Source: Mobula hypostoma (lineage: Eukaryota). Taken from it: DNA of 64,000 nt. The stretch lies in NCBI RefSeq assembly GCF_963921235.1, contig NC_086097.1, positions 202,556,001-202,620,000 of the forward strand, in the 5' to 3' direction. The position numbers and the translations under genes were made by a program. Every line of letters starts with the position of its first letter. Position 1 is the stretch's first letter. Under the pieces are notes generated by a model. It did not search any database, was not told where the DNA came from, and saw only the letters and a program-made list of their open reading frames with translations. This document shows positions 38,745 through 51,796 of the stretch, piece by piece.

Positions 38745-41370
38745 TTCTTATAAGACCATAAGACATCAGAGGAGAATTAAACCATTCAACCAATCGAGTC
38801 TGCTGCACCATTCCATAATGGCTGATCTATTATCCTTCTCAAACACATTCTCCTGCTTCCTCCCTGTAACCTTTGATGCCCTGATGAATCAAGAACCCAT
38901 CAACCGCCACTTTAAATATAAGAAATGACTTTGCCTCCACAGCCATCTGTGGCAATGAATTTCACAGATTCACCACTCTCTAGCTGAAGAAGTTCCTCCT
39001 TATCTCTGTTGTAAAGGGACGTCCCTCTACTCTGAGGCTGTGCCCTCTGATCCTAGATTCTCCCTATAGGGAACATCCTCTCCACATCCATTCAATCTAG
39101 GCCTTTCAATATTCGGTACATATTTCATGAGATTCCCCCCACCCTCATTCTGAACTCCAGAGAGTATGCTCCTTGTGCATCAACCCGTTCATTCCTAGAA
39201 TCATTCTTATCCCTCCCGGACCCTCTCCAAAGCCACTGCAACTTTTCTTTGATAAGGAGCTTAAAACCTTTTAATAGTCCTTGTATGGTTTGAACAGTAC
39301 ATTTCAAGCCTCAGCATTGCATCTTGGCTTTCATATTGTCGTCCTCTTGAAATGAATGCTAACATTGCATTTTCCTTCCTTACCACAGACTTAACTGACA
39401 AGTTAAAACCATAAGTACAGGAGCAGGATTAGACCAATTGGCCCATCGAGTATGCTCTGCCATTTCATCATGGCTGATCCAATTTTCCTCTCAGCCCCAA
39501 TCTTTGCCTTCTCCCTGTATCTCTTCATGCACTGACCAATCAAGAATCTATCAACCTCTGCCTGAAATATACATAAATATTTGGACTTCACAGTTGCATG
39601 GGGCAATGAATTTCCACAGATTCACCACTCTGGCTAAAGAAATTGCTCCTCATCAGCCCTTCTATTCTGAGGCTGTGTCCTCTGCTCTTTGACTGTCCCA
39701 CCATATGATATATCCTCGTCACATCCACTCTATCAATGCCTTTCACCATTCGATAGGTTTTAATAAGGTCACCCCTATTAACCTTCAGGGAATTCTGCTC
39801 AAGGAATTCCAAGTCCCTTTGCACCTCTGATTTCTGGATTTTCTCCCTGTTTAGAGAATAGTGTGCACCTTTATTCCTTCTACCAAAGTGCATGCCATAC
39901 ATTTCCCTTCATTTTATGCCACCTGCCACTTCCTTTCCCATTCTCCCAATCTTCTAAGACCTTCTGCAGACTCACTACTTCCTCAACACTACCTGCCCCT
40001 CCATCTTTCTTTGTATTTTCTGGAAGCTTGGCCAGAAAACCATCAAATTTGTCATCCAAATCGTTGACCTATAATATGAAAAGAAGCAGTCCCAGCACTG
40101 ACCACTGCGGAACACTACTAGTCACTGGAGCCAACCAGGAAAGGCCATGTTTATTCCCACTCTTTGCCTCCTGCCAGTCAGCCAATCTTCCATCCATGCT
40201 GGTATCCATTCAGGCTAACTGGCCTATAATTTCCTTTCTTTTGCCTTCCTCCCTCGTTTAAAAAGTGGAGTGACATTTGCAATTTTCTAGTCATCTGGAA
40301 CCACTTTAGAATCTACTGATTCTTGAAAGATCACTACTAATGTCTCCAGAATCTTTTCAGCTACTTCCTTCAGGACCCTGGGGATGTAGTTCATCTGGTC
40401 CAGGTGACATATCTACCTTCAGACCTTTCAGCTTCCCAAGCACCTTCTCCTGGTGCAAAATACTACTTAAGTTCCTCTGCAGTTTCTGTGTCCCCCATTG
40501 CTACTACTTCTACCAGTATCATTTTCCAGTGGTCTGATATCCACTCTCACCTCTCTGTTACTCTCTATATATCTGGAAAGGCTTTTGGTATCCCCTTTTA
40601 TATTATTGGCTAGCTTTCCTTCGTATTTCATCTTTTCTCTCTGGCATTTTTAGTTGCCATCTGCTTGTTTTTAAAAGCCCAATCCTCTATCTCTGCACAA
40701 ACTAGAGAAAATCTGCAGATGCTGGAAATCCGAGCAACACACACAAAATGCTGGAGGAACTCAGCAGGCCAGGCAGCATCTTGGAAAAGAGTACAGTTGA
40801 CATTTCGGCCCAATAGTGTGTTCCTCTATCTCTATTATACTTTTATGCTCTCTTTGACTTCACTTGTCAGCCATGATTGCTTCATCCTCCCTTTAGAATA
40901 CTGCTATTTTGGGATGTATCTGTCTATGCCTTCTACACTGCTCTCAAAAACTCCTGTCATTGCTGTTCTGCTGTCATCCCTGCTAGTGTCCTTCTCCAAT
41001 CAACTTTTGGCCAGCTTCCCTCTTATACCCTGTAATTTCCTTGACTCCACTATCATACTGTTGCATCTGACTTTATCTTTTCTCTCTCAAACTGCAGGAT
41101 GAACTCTATCATATTATGATCACTGCCTTTGAAGGGTTCCTTTATCTTTAGCTTCCTAGTGAAATTTGATTCGTTACACAACACCCAATCCAGAATTGCT
41201 TTTCCCTTAGTGGGCTTAACCACAAGCGACTCTTAAAAACCCATCTCATAGGCATTCTACAATTCTGTCTCTTAGGATCCAGCACCAATCTGATTTTCCC
41301 AATCTACTTGTATATTGAAATTTTTCATCAACTATAGTAACATTCTCATTGTTTAATTTCCCATCCACAA
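38745..41370 (-). mobile_element. CR1 LINE fragments, with nested CR1 3' end (~39407-39778) and Penelope 3' fragment (~40700-40811)
   Basis: Reverse-complement CR1 3' tails (accataagacatcagaggagaatta, accataagtacaggagcagg) and peptides such as MHFGRRNK and RGDLIKTYRMVKGID. Confidence 0.8.
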
Positions 41371-41464
41371 ATAATGACTGCATATTTATTCAGTGATAGA
41401 ATAGTTTGTGCCATGGAACATCGAATGACGTTCTTGTTTTTTTTGGTTGAGTTTTTTGTGCTCA

Positions 41465-42035
41465 AAAGTAGATCTGTAGATGTTGTCTACATGAATTTTA
41501 GTTCATCCATTAAGGTGCATGGGATCCATGGTGAACTGGTCATTTCTATTCAGAACTGGCTTGCCGGTAGATGACAGAGGCAGTGGTTGAAGGGACTTAT
41601 TCTAGCTGGAGGTCTGTGATTAGTGGCTTTTGCTGGAATTTGTACTCTGCTGTTTGTGATGTATATAAATGACCTGTAGGAAAATGTACATGGGTGGATA
41701 AGTAAGTTTGGAGATGATGCAAAGATTGGTGGCATTGTGGATAGCTTAGAAGGCTGGCAGAGAATGCTGCAAGAGATGGATCAGTGGCAGGTGGAGTTAA
41801 CCTGGCCCAATGTGAAATGTTGCACCTTGGTCGGTCAAATGTAAAAAGACAGTACAATGTTAAGTGCAAGGCAGTGTTGATGAGCAGAGGGATCTTGGGG
41901 TCCAAGTTCAGAGCTCCCTGAAAGTGGCTACACAGGTTGATAGGGTGGTTAAGAATGCATATGGTATGCTATCCATTATTAGTCAAGGCATTGAATTCAA
42001 AAGTCAGGAAGTTGTGTTGCAACTTTATAAAACTT
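41465..42035 (+). mobile_element. CR1 RT fragment
   Basis: VDVVYMNFS, KVHGIHGELVISIQNWLAGR and a KFxDD-like region. Confidence 0.75.
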
Positions 42036-42659
42036 GTTAAGTTTCGAGACTCAAGATTGTTTAATGTCATTTCCAGTACAAGTGTAAAGGAGACCAAAGT
42101 AATTGTTACACCAGATCTGATGCATCACAAAGAAAGCATAAGATTAAAAAGTATGAGTAAAAAAAAAACAACAGCTTGTATACATATTTGATTGTATGTT
42201 CATTAAGTGACGCTCAGCATAAGAGTGTCTGTACATAAGTGACTGGCAGGAAATGATAAAGTAGTGATGGTAAGGAAGTGTGGATGTGTGAGGGAGTGGG
42301 AGTGGAAGTGTTTATCAGCCTTACTGCTTGGGGTAAGTAACTGTTTTTGAGGCTGGTGCTGGGTATGCATTGGGGAGTTTTAACTACCCATTGTAGACCC
42401 TGTCTGCCACAGTGCAGTTTGTGTACCATACAATGAAGCAGCATGATAAGATGCTTGCTACTGCATATCTGTAGAATGACATGAGTATAGATGTACACAG
42501 TCCAGTTCTCTTCAGCCTTCTCAAAGTAGAGGTGTTAATAAGAGTTTTCCTGATTATGTAGAATGTGTTCTGAGAACAGGAGAGGTTGTGCGAGATGTAT
42601 ACTCCTAGGAGTTTTAAACTGCCTGCTGTTTCCATTGCATTGCTGCCAATGTAAGGAAG

Positions 42660-43487
42660 GGTGTGAGTACTACTGCTGGGACCCCTGTCTCCCCTTCCCC
42701 CACCACCATTCTGCAATTCTGTCTCTCTCGGGTCCCACCGCCAGCTCTTAGGTGTTCGGAGACTCCACATTCCTCTCACCCCACCATTCCCGAGCACCCC
42801 AAACCTCCCTTCTTAGACACTACCAACCCCCCCCCCCCCCACCGATCCCAGCTCTTATCTGGTCCGGCTCTTCACCATTCCCTCTCTGAGGCAGAACATT
42901 CTGAGATCCTCACCTTGTCCTCCTGTGCCCACAGCTTAGCGAATTGCATGCCCACCATGACGCTGAGCTTTTTTTCTGCCGCCTCTGTCTCCGAGCGTAC
43001 TACTTTGGCAAGGACTCTCCACCCTGCACCGATGACCCCTTCTCCCCAGTTCAACCCTCCTCCTCTTCCTGGACACGACGCCCTCGTCTTCTGCCTGCTT
43101 TGGAGCTTTTCACTGCCAACTGCCGATGGGACATCAACTGTCTAGTTTTCAATACTCCCCTCTCCAATTCTAACCTCACCCCTTCCAAACACTCTGCTCT
43201 CCACTCCCTCCACACTGATCCTAACCTCACCATCAAACCCACAGAAAAAGGGGTGCTGTAGTAGTCTGACAGACTGACCTCTATCTTGCTGAGGCCCAGT
43301 GACAACTCTCAGACAGCTCCTCTTACTTACCCTTGAACAGGATCGCACTAAGGAGCACCAGGCCATTGTCTCCCACACCATCACTGACCTTATTGATTCT
43401 GGGGATCTCCCATCCACTGCCACCAAATTCACAGTTCCCGCACCTCCCGTTTCTACCTCCTAGCCAAGATCCACAAACCTGCTTGTC
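42660..43487 (+). mobile_element. Older Penelope-like element, 5' part (host of nested insertion)
   Basis: Frameshifted N-terminal domain (LSEAEHS, HDAELFFCRLCLRAYYF, NLTIKPTEKG) ending at aagatccacaaacctgcttgtc (KIHKP). Confidence 0.85.
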
Positions 43488-45339
43488 TTCGGAACGCTCT
43501 GCTCTCCGCTCCCTCCGCACTAATCCTAACATTATTATTAAACCCGCTGATAAGGGGGGTGCTGTTGTAGTCTGGCGTACTGACCTCTACCTTGCCGAGG
43601 CACAGCGACAACTCGCGGATACCTCCTCTTATTTACCCCTTGATCGTGACCCCACTAAGGAGCACCAGGCCATTGTCTCCCACACTATCAACGACTTTAT
43701 CCGCTCAGGGGATCTCCCATCCACTGCTACCAACCTTATAGTTCCCACACCCCGCACTTCCCGTTTCTACCTCCTACCCAAGATCCACAAACCTACCTGT
43801 CCTGGCCGACCTATTGTCTCAGCTTGCTCCTGCCCCACCGAACTCGTTTCTGCATACCTCGACACTGTTTTATCACCCCTTGTTCAATCCCTTCCGACCT
43901 ATGTTCGTGACACTTCTCACGCTCTTAAACTTTTCGATGATTTTAAGTTCCCTGGCCCCCACCGCTTTATTTTCACCTTGGATGTCCAGTTCCTATATAC
44001 TTCCATCCCCCATCAGGAAGGTCTCAAAGCTCTACGCTTCTTTTTGGATTCCAGACCTAATCAGTTCCCCTCTACCACCACTCTGCTCCGTCTAGCAGAA
44101 TTAGTCCTTACTCTTAATAATTTCTCCTTTTGCTCCTCCCATTTCCTCCAAACTAAAGGTGTAGCTATGGGCACCCGTATGGGTCCTAGCTATGCCTGCC
44201 TTTTTGTTGGGTTTGTGGAACAATCTATGTTCCGTGCCTATTCTGGTATCTGTCCCCCACTTTTCCTTCGCTACATCGACGACTGCATTGGCGCTGCTTC
44301 CTGCACGCATGCAGAACTCGTTAACTTTATTAACTTTGCCTCCAACTTTCACCCTGCCCTCAAGTTTACCTGGTCCATTTCTGACACCTCCCTCCCCTTT
44401 CTAGATCTTTCTGTCTCTGTCTCTGGAGACAGCTTATCCACTGATGTCTACTATAAGCCTACTGACTCTCACAACTATCTGGACTATTCCTCTTCTCACC
44501 CTGTCTCTTGCAAAAACGCCATCCCCTTCTCGCAATTCCTCCGTCTCCGCCGCATCTGCTCTCAGGATGAGGCTTTTCATTCTAGGACGAGGGAGATGTC
44601 TTCATTTTTTAAAGAAAGGGGCTTCCCTTCCTCCACTATCAACTCTGCTCTTAAACGCATCTCCCCCATTTCACGTACATCTGCTCTCACTCCATCCTCC
44701 CACCACCCCACTAGGAATAGGGTTCCCCTGGTCCTCACCTACCACCCCACCAGCCTCCGGGTCCAACATATTATTCTCCGTAACTTCCGCCACCTCCAAC
44801 GGGATCCCACCACTAAGCATATCTTTCCCTCCCCGCCTCTCTCTGCATTCCGCAGGGATCGCTCCCTACACAACTCCCTTGTCCATTCGTCCCCCCCATC
44901 CCTCCCCACTGATCTCCCTCCTGGCACTTATCCGTGTAAGCGGAACAAGTGCTACACATGCCCTTACACTTCCTCCCTTACCACCATTCAGGGCCCCAAA
45001 CAGTCCTTCCAGGTGAGGCATCACTTCACCTGTGAGTCGACTGGGGTGATATACTGCGTCCGGTGCTCCCGATGTGGCCTTTTATATATTGGTGAGACCC
45101 GACGCAGACTGGGAGACCGCTTTGCTGAACATCTATGCTCTGTCCGCCAGAGAAAGCAGGATCTCCCAGTGGCCATACATTTTAATTCCACATCCCATTC
45201 CCATTCTGACATGTCTATCCACGGCCTCCTCTACTGTAAAGATGAAGCCACACTCAGGTTGGAGGAACAACACCTTATATTCCGTCTGGGTAGCCTCCAA
45301 CCTGATGGCATGAACATTGACTTCTCTAACTTCTGCTAG
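43488..45339 (+). CDS. Penelope-type reverse transcriptase + GIY-YIG endonuclease (5'-truncated, no native start)
   Basis: KPADKG, LPKIHK, GRPIVS, LDVQFLYTSIP, GVAMGTRMGPSYA, RYIDD; Cys linker CKRNKCYTC; GVIYCVRCSRCGLLYIGETRRRLGDRFAEH; terminal GMN. Confidence 0.93.
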
Positions 45340-45632
45340 GCCCCACCTCCCCCTCGTACCCCATCTGTTACTCTTTTTAATGCACACATTCTTTCTCTCA
45401 CTCTCCTTTTTCTCCCTCTGTCCCTCTGAATATACCTCTTGCCCATCCTCTGGGTCACCCCCCCCCCGTCTTTCTTCCCGGACCTCCTGTCCCATGATCC
45501 TCTCGTATCCCCTTCTGCCTATCACCTGTCCAGCTCTCGGCTCCATCCCTCCCCCTCCTGTCTTCTCCTATCATTTTGCATCTCCCCCTCCCCCTCCAGC
45601 TTTCAAATCCCTTACTCACTCTTCCTTCAGTT

Positions 45633-45668
45633 AGTCCTGACGAAGGGTCTCGGCCTGAAACGTCGACT
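45633..45668 (+). ncRNA. Minimal type I hammerhead ribozyme motif
   Basis: agtc-CTGACGA-agggtctcggcct-GAAA-CG-TC^gact. Full core, helix I agtc/gact, palindromic ACGT helix III, predicted cleavage after 45664. Confidence 0.8.
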
Positions 45669-45764
45669 GCGCCTCTTCCTATAGATGCTGCCTGGCCTGC
45701 TGCGTTCACCAGCAACTTTGATGTATGTTGCTTGAATTTCCAGCATCTGCAGAATTCCTGTTGT

Positions 45765-46732
45765 CCAGGTAGACCCATTGTTTCAGCTTGTTTCTGCCCC
45801 AGTAGACCCAACTGCATATCTCGACTCTGTTTTATTCCCCCGCCCCCCCAATTCAGTCCATTCCCACCTACATTCATGGCACTTCACGTGCTCTGGATCT
45901 TTTCAGTGATTTTGGGTTCCCTGGCCCCCATCATATTTTCACTGTGGATGTCCAATCCCTATACAGCTCCATCCTCTAAAAGGAAGGCCTGAAAGGCTCT
46001 GTTTCTTTTTGGTCACGAGACTCAACCAGCTCCCCTCCCCACCACTCTCCTCTGTCTAGCAGAACTTGTCCTTATTCTTAATAACTTCTCCTTCGGCTCC
46101 TCCCATTTCCTTTGAACAAAAGGTGTATCCATGGGCACTCGCATGGGCACCAGCTAAGCCAATCTGTTTGTCAGCTACGTGGAGCAGTCTAAGTTCCAAA
46201 CCTACACTAGTATCACTCCCCTACTTTTCCTACACTTCATCGACGACTGCATTGGTGCTGCTTCTTGCACCCATGTGGAGTTCATCAACTTTGCTTCCAG
46301 GTTCCACCCTGCCCTCAAATTTACCTGGTCCATTTCCGACACCTCCCTCCCCTTTCTTGATCTTACTGTCTCTATCTCTAGAGTCAGCTTATCTACTGAT
46401 GTCTATTATAAGCCCACGGGCTCTCAAAGCTACCTGGACTATACCTCTTCCCACCCTTTTATTTGTAAAAACGCCATCCTCTTCTCTCAGTTCCTCTGTC
46501 TCCGTCGCATCTGCTCTCAGGATACTAGAATGAAGGAGATATCCTCTGTTTTCAAAAAAGGGGGCTTCCCTTCCTCTACAATCAACACTGCCCTCAACCG
46601 CATCTTCATTTCACACACAGCTGCTCTTACTGCATCCTCTCGCCACCCTACCAGGGATAGAATTCCTGTTGTCCTCACTGACCGCCCCACCAGCCTCAAT
46701 GTCCAGCACATAATTCTCTGCAACTTCCCCCA
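45765..46732 (+). mobile_element. Older Penelope-like element, 3' continuation
   Basis: Resumes at PGRPIVSAC, exactly the motif following KIHKP. Degenerate RT (HFIDDCIGAASCTH, FHPALKFTWS). Confidence 0.9.
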
Positions 46733-46851
46733 ATATAAGCGGTTGAATCCTTTTAAATTTTAGAATCATTTGGTGGGACAATATATACAGCTGCAGGCTG
46801 TATTGAATAAGTCTTAACTTGTCAGTTGGGTAGTGGCTTGTCTCAAACATC

Positions 46852-47500
46852 AAAGTTCAAAGTAAATTTATTATCAAAGTATATATATGATACAAAAGAC
46901 TACCCTGAGACTCATTTCTTGCAGGCATTCACAGTAGAACAAAGAAATACAATAGCATCAGTGGAAAACTAAAACAGACTGACAAGCAACCAAAGTGCAA
47001 AAGACCAAGTGGAAAGTACAAAAGAGAACTAATAAGAAATAATATTAAGAACATAAGTTGTAGTGTTCTTGAAAGTGAGTCCATAGGTTGTGTTCAGTGA
47101 TCAGTTCAGTGTTGTGATGAGTATACTTTTCCACGCTGTTTAGGGAGTCTGATGGTTGAAGGGTTAATAACTGTTCCTGAACCTGGTGGTATGGGACCCA
47201 AGTCTCCTGTGCGATGGTAGCAGTGAGAACAGAGCATGGCCTGGATGGTGGGGATTCATGATGTCAGATGCTGTTTTTTTTACGGCAGCACTCTTTTTTG
47301 TAGATGTGCTAAATGGTGGGGAGTACTTTTTTTTTCTGTGAACAAGGCTGTATCCACCACTATTTATAGGCTTACCTGTTCTTGGGCACAAGTGATTTCA
47401 TACCAGGTCATGATGCAACCTGTCAGATTCCAGTCTACTGTGCATCTGCAGAAGTTTAAAGTTTTAGATGACATGCCTAATTTGTGTAAACATTTGAAGA
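46852..47500 (-). mobile_element. Rex1-type LINE 3' fragment
   Basis: [13 protein letters not shown]...TTRFRNSY C-terminal motif. Confidence 0.75.
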
Positions 47501-47565
47501 TGCCTACTGGGAGAGAACGTTGGGGAACCTAGGATCAGAGAGCACAGCCTCAGAGGTGAGGGGTG

Positions 47566-48110
47566 CTTAAGAATATGGGCCATCCTATCAGAAGAAAAGG
47601 CTGGGGGAGTGGGATTTTTTGTGCCTGACACTGGTGGGAGTCTTGGACTTTGTTCGGTGGGAGATGACGAGAGAAGACACTGGAGAGAACTGGTTGTAGG
47701 ATTCAATCTGGATTGGACAGTGATTCAGTGGAGCAAGGTGTGGGCGTCAACTGGGGATTAGTGAATATGACTTTTGGAAGATTTGAATGTTTAATTATAA
47801 TGGACCCTTTTTGTTTTCTCTTCTAACTCTTTAGTTAATATTCATAAATGTACTCCTTTTAATTGTATGCCATAAATGATCTGTTATTTTCTGCGACAAG
47901 CTGTAACGGCAGCAAATCAAAACAGCATTCACACAAACCAGGGCTTGCTGGGCGAGACATCCCAATCTTACGGATTTGGCAGGACCGGAGTGTATATATC
48001 CTAGATATACGAGGCTGGAAAAAGGTGGATTTCTCAACGATGAGTTGGGAGACTGCCGGTGAGGGATAATTAGCGGTTTCCTGAGATGCCTGAGAAGAAA
48101 GGGGGTTTCA
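47566..48110 (+). mobile_element. Possible partial LTR (unclassified)
   Basis: Non-coding block unlike neighbouring LINEs, ending ...gggggtttCA at a sharp junction. No TG start or TSD found. Confidence 0.3.
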
Positions 48111-49400
48111 TCTTATCCCTTTATATAGTGTTTTTTAAGTTGCCTTCTGTTGAATTTTAAAGGCTTCCCAATCATCCACTCACTTTTGCTGCCTTATATG
48201 CCCTTTCCTTGGCTTTTATGCAGCCTTTAACATCCCTTGTCAGCAACAGGTTGCCTACCCCTGCCATTTGAGAACTGTTTCCTCTGTGGGTCAAATCTAT
48301 CCTGCACCTTGAGTGAACTATTTCCAGTAACTTCAGTCATCTCTGCTCTGCTGTCATTACCGCCAATAAACTCCTCCAATCCACCTGGGCAAGCTCCTCT
48401 CTCGTGCCTCTGTAATTCCCTTTATTCCATTGCAATACTAATACATGTGACTTGTGCATCTCCCTCTCAAATTGCAGTATAAATTCAACCATATTATGAT
48501 ATCTGCCTAAGGGTTCCTTTACATAAAGCTCCCTAATAAGAAATGGGTTATTACACAACATCCAATCTAAGATAGCCTTTCCCCAAGTAGGTTCAAGCAC
48601 AAGCTGCTCGTCAGAAGCCATCTTGTAGCATTCAACAAATTCCCTCTCTTGTGATCTGACACCAACCTGATTTTGCCAGTCCCCGTGCACATTGAAGTCC
48701 CCCATTACAATTATGACATTGCCATTATGACGTGACTTTTCCAGCTCCTTTACAGACTCAATCTTGGCTACTGTTTGGAGGTCCATATATGATTCCTATA
48801 ATAGTTTCTTTTATCCTTGTAGTTTCTTAACTCCACCCACAAAGATTGAACATTCGCTGACCCTATGTCACCGCTTTCTAAAGATGTAATTCCATCTCTT
48901 TCCAACAGAACTGCACTACTGCCTCTGCCTTCCTGGCTGTTCGTTCGATACAAGGTATATCCTTTGATGTTTAGCTCCCAACTATGGCATTCTTTCAGCC
49001 ACATCTCAGTGATGCCATAATGTCATACCAACCAATGTCTAATTGCGCCATGACTTTATCCACCTCATTCCGAATGCTATGCGCATTTAAATATAGCACC
49101 TTCAGTCCTGCATTCTTTGCCCTTTTGAATTTTGCCTCTGTGGTACATTTTAACTCCTTGCTCTGTCTGCATTCACACACTAACGTTGGCTTGTCCTTCC
49201 TTGCATTGATGTTACATCCATCATCTACTTGTAAACCTGCTGGCTCATCCTCAGTTCTATCATACTGGTTCCTATACCCGTGCCATATTAGTTTAAACCA
49301 CTCTCAACAGCTCTAGTAAATTTTCCCACAAGAATATTGGTCCTCAAGTGCAACCCATACCTTTTGTATAGATCCCTCCTGCCCCAGAAGAAGTCACAAT
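48111..49400 (-). mobile_element. CR1 LINE, endonuclease region (continues at ~51797-52110)
   Basis: LKVLYLNAHSIRN, LWVELRN, IIVMGDFN and PTWGKAILDW are AP-endonuclease motifs. Confidence 0.85.
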
Positions 49401-49402
49401 TT

Positions 49403-51796
49403 TGGATCAGTACTTGGAGCTATGATTTTGTAGCCATTACCGAGACTTGGATGGCTCTGGAGCAGGAATAGTTACTTAGAGTACCAGGCTTCAGATGTTT
49501 CAGAAAGTACAGAGAGGGAGGCAAAAGAGGTGGGGGCGTGGCACTGTTGATCAGAGATAGTATCATGGCTGCAGAAAAGGAGGAAGTCATGAAAGGACTG
49601 TTTACTGAGTCTCTGTGGGTGGAAGTTAGAAACAGGGAGGGGTCAATAACTCAACTGGGTGTTTTTTATAGACCACCCAATAGTAACAGGACATCAAGGA
49701 GCAGATAGGGAGACAGATTCTGGAAAGGTGTATTGTTGTGGTGGGACTTTTTAATTCCCCAAATATTGATTGGCATCTTCCGAAAGCACGGGGTTTAGAT
49801 GGGTGGAGTTTGTTAGGTATGTTCAGGAAGGTTTCCTGACACAATTTGTAGATAAGCCAACAAGAGGAGAGGCTGACTTGATCTGGTATTGGGAAATAAA
49901 CCTGGTCACGTGTCAGATCTCTCAGTGGGAGAGCATTTTGGAGATAATGATCACAATTTTATCTCCTTTACCATTGTGTTTGAGAGGGATAAGAACAGAC
50001 AAGTTAGGAAAGAGTTTAATTGGAGTAAGGGAAAATATAAGGATATCAGGCAGGAACTTGGAAGCATAAATCGGGAACAGATGTTCACAGGGAAATGTGA
50101 CAAATGTTCAGGGGATATTTGAGTGGTGTTCTGCATAGGTGCATTCCAATGAGACAGGGAAAGGATGGTAGGGTACAGGAACTGTGGTGTACAAAGGCTG
50201 TTGAAAACCTAGTCAGGAAGAAAAGAAAAGCTTACGAAAGGTTCAAAAAACTAGGTAATGATAGAGATCCAGAAGATTATAAGGCTAGCAGGGAGGAGCT
50301 TAAGGATGAAATTAGGAGAGCCAGAAGGGATCATGAGAAGGCCTTGGCGAGCAGGATTAAGGAAAACCCCAGGACATTCTATAAGTATGAGCAAGAGGAT
50401 AAGACGTGAGAGAATAGGACCAATCAAATGTGACAGTGGAAAAATGTGTATGGAACCGGAGGAGATAGCTGAGGTACTTAATGAATACTTTGCTTCAGTA
50501 TTCACTATGGAAAAGGATCTTGGCGATGGTAGGGATGACTTGCAGCAAATTGAAAAGCTTGAGCATATAGACATTAAGAAAGAGGATGTGCTGGAGCTTT
50601 TGGAAAGCAGCAAGTTGGATAAGTCTCTGGGACTGGACAAGATGTACCGGAAGCTACTGTGGGAGGCGAGGGGGGAGATTGCTGAGCGTCTGGCAGTGAT
50701 CTTTGCATCATTAATGGGGACAGGAGAGGTTCCGGAGGATTGGAGGGCTGCAGATGTTGCTTATTCAAGAAAGGGAGTGGAGATAGCCCAGGAAATTATA
50801 GGCCAGTGTGTCTTACTTCACTGGTTGGTAAGTTGATGGAAAAGATCTTGAGAGGCAGGATTTGTGAACATTTGGAGAGGCATAATATGATTAGGAATAG
50901 TCAGCATGGCTTTGTCAAAGGTAGGTCGTGCCTTACGAGCCTGACTGAACTAAACACATTGATGAAGGAAGAGCAGTAGGTGTAGTGTATATGGATTTCA
51001 GCAAGGCATTTGATAAGGTACCCCATGCAAGGCTTATTGGGAAAGTAAGGAGGCATGGGATCCATGAGGACCTTGCTTTGTGGATTCAGAATTGACTTGC
51101 CCACAGAAGGCAAAGAGTGGTTGTAGACAGGTCATATTCTGCATGGAAGTTGGTGACCAGTGGTGTGCCTCAGGGTTCTGTTCTGGGACCCCCTTCTCTT
51201 TGTGAGTTTTGTAAATGACCTGGATGAAGAAGTAAAGGAATGGGTTAGTAAATTTGCTGATGACACAAAGATTGGGGGTGTTGTGGAGAGTGTGGAGGGC
51301 TGTCAGAGGTTACAGCGGAACATCGAGAGGATGCAAAACTGGGCTGAGAAGTGGCAGATAGATTTCAACCCAGATATGAGAATAGGTTGAGTGAACTTGG
51401 CTTTTTCTCCTTGGAACGACAGAGGATGAGAGGTGATCTGATAGAGGTGTATAAGATGATGAGAGGCATTGATCGTGTGGATAGTCAGAGGCTTTTCCTA
51501 GGGTTGAAATGGCTATCACGAGAGGGCACAGTTTAAGGTGCTTGGAAGAAGGTACAGAGGAGATGACAGGGGTAGGTTTTTTTATGCAGAGAGTGGTGAG
51601 TGCGTGGAATAGGCTGCCGATGACAGTGGTGGAGGCGGATACAATAAGGTTTTTTAAGAGTCTCCTGGGTAAGTATATGGAGCTTAGAAGAAATGAGGGC
51701 TATGGGTAACCCTAGGTAATTTCTAAGGTAAATACATGCTCAGCACAGCATTGTGGGCTGAAGGGTCTGTATTGTGCTGTAGGTTTTCTATGTTTC
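49403..51796 (+). mobile_element. CR1 LINE ORF2, frameshifted, with 3' tail
   Basis: GNYRPVCLTS, SQHGFVKGRSCLT, SKFADDTKIGG, RMRGDLIEVYK; tail gtgctgtaggttttctatgtttc. Confidence 0.92.

Larger units (their letters stand above)
43488..45764 (+). mobile_element. Young 5'-truncated Penelope-like retroelement (Neptune-like)
   Basis: Uninterrupted ORF to stop at 45339, then pyrimidine-rich 3' UTR with hammerhead motif. Confidence 0.95.

Noticed and set aside
43333..45339. 668-aa ORF as a complete protein or domesticated gene
   Set aside because: It starts at TTG, and the first ~51 codons are out-of-frame sequence from the older host copy. The true frame begins at the 5'-truncation junction near 43488.
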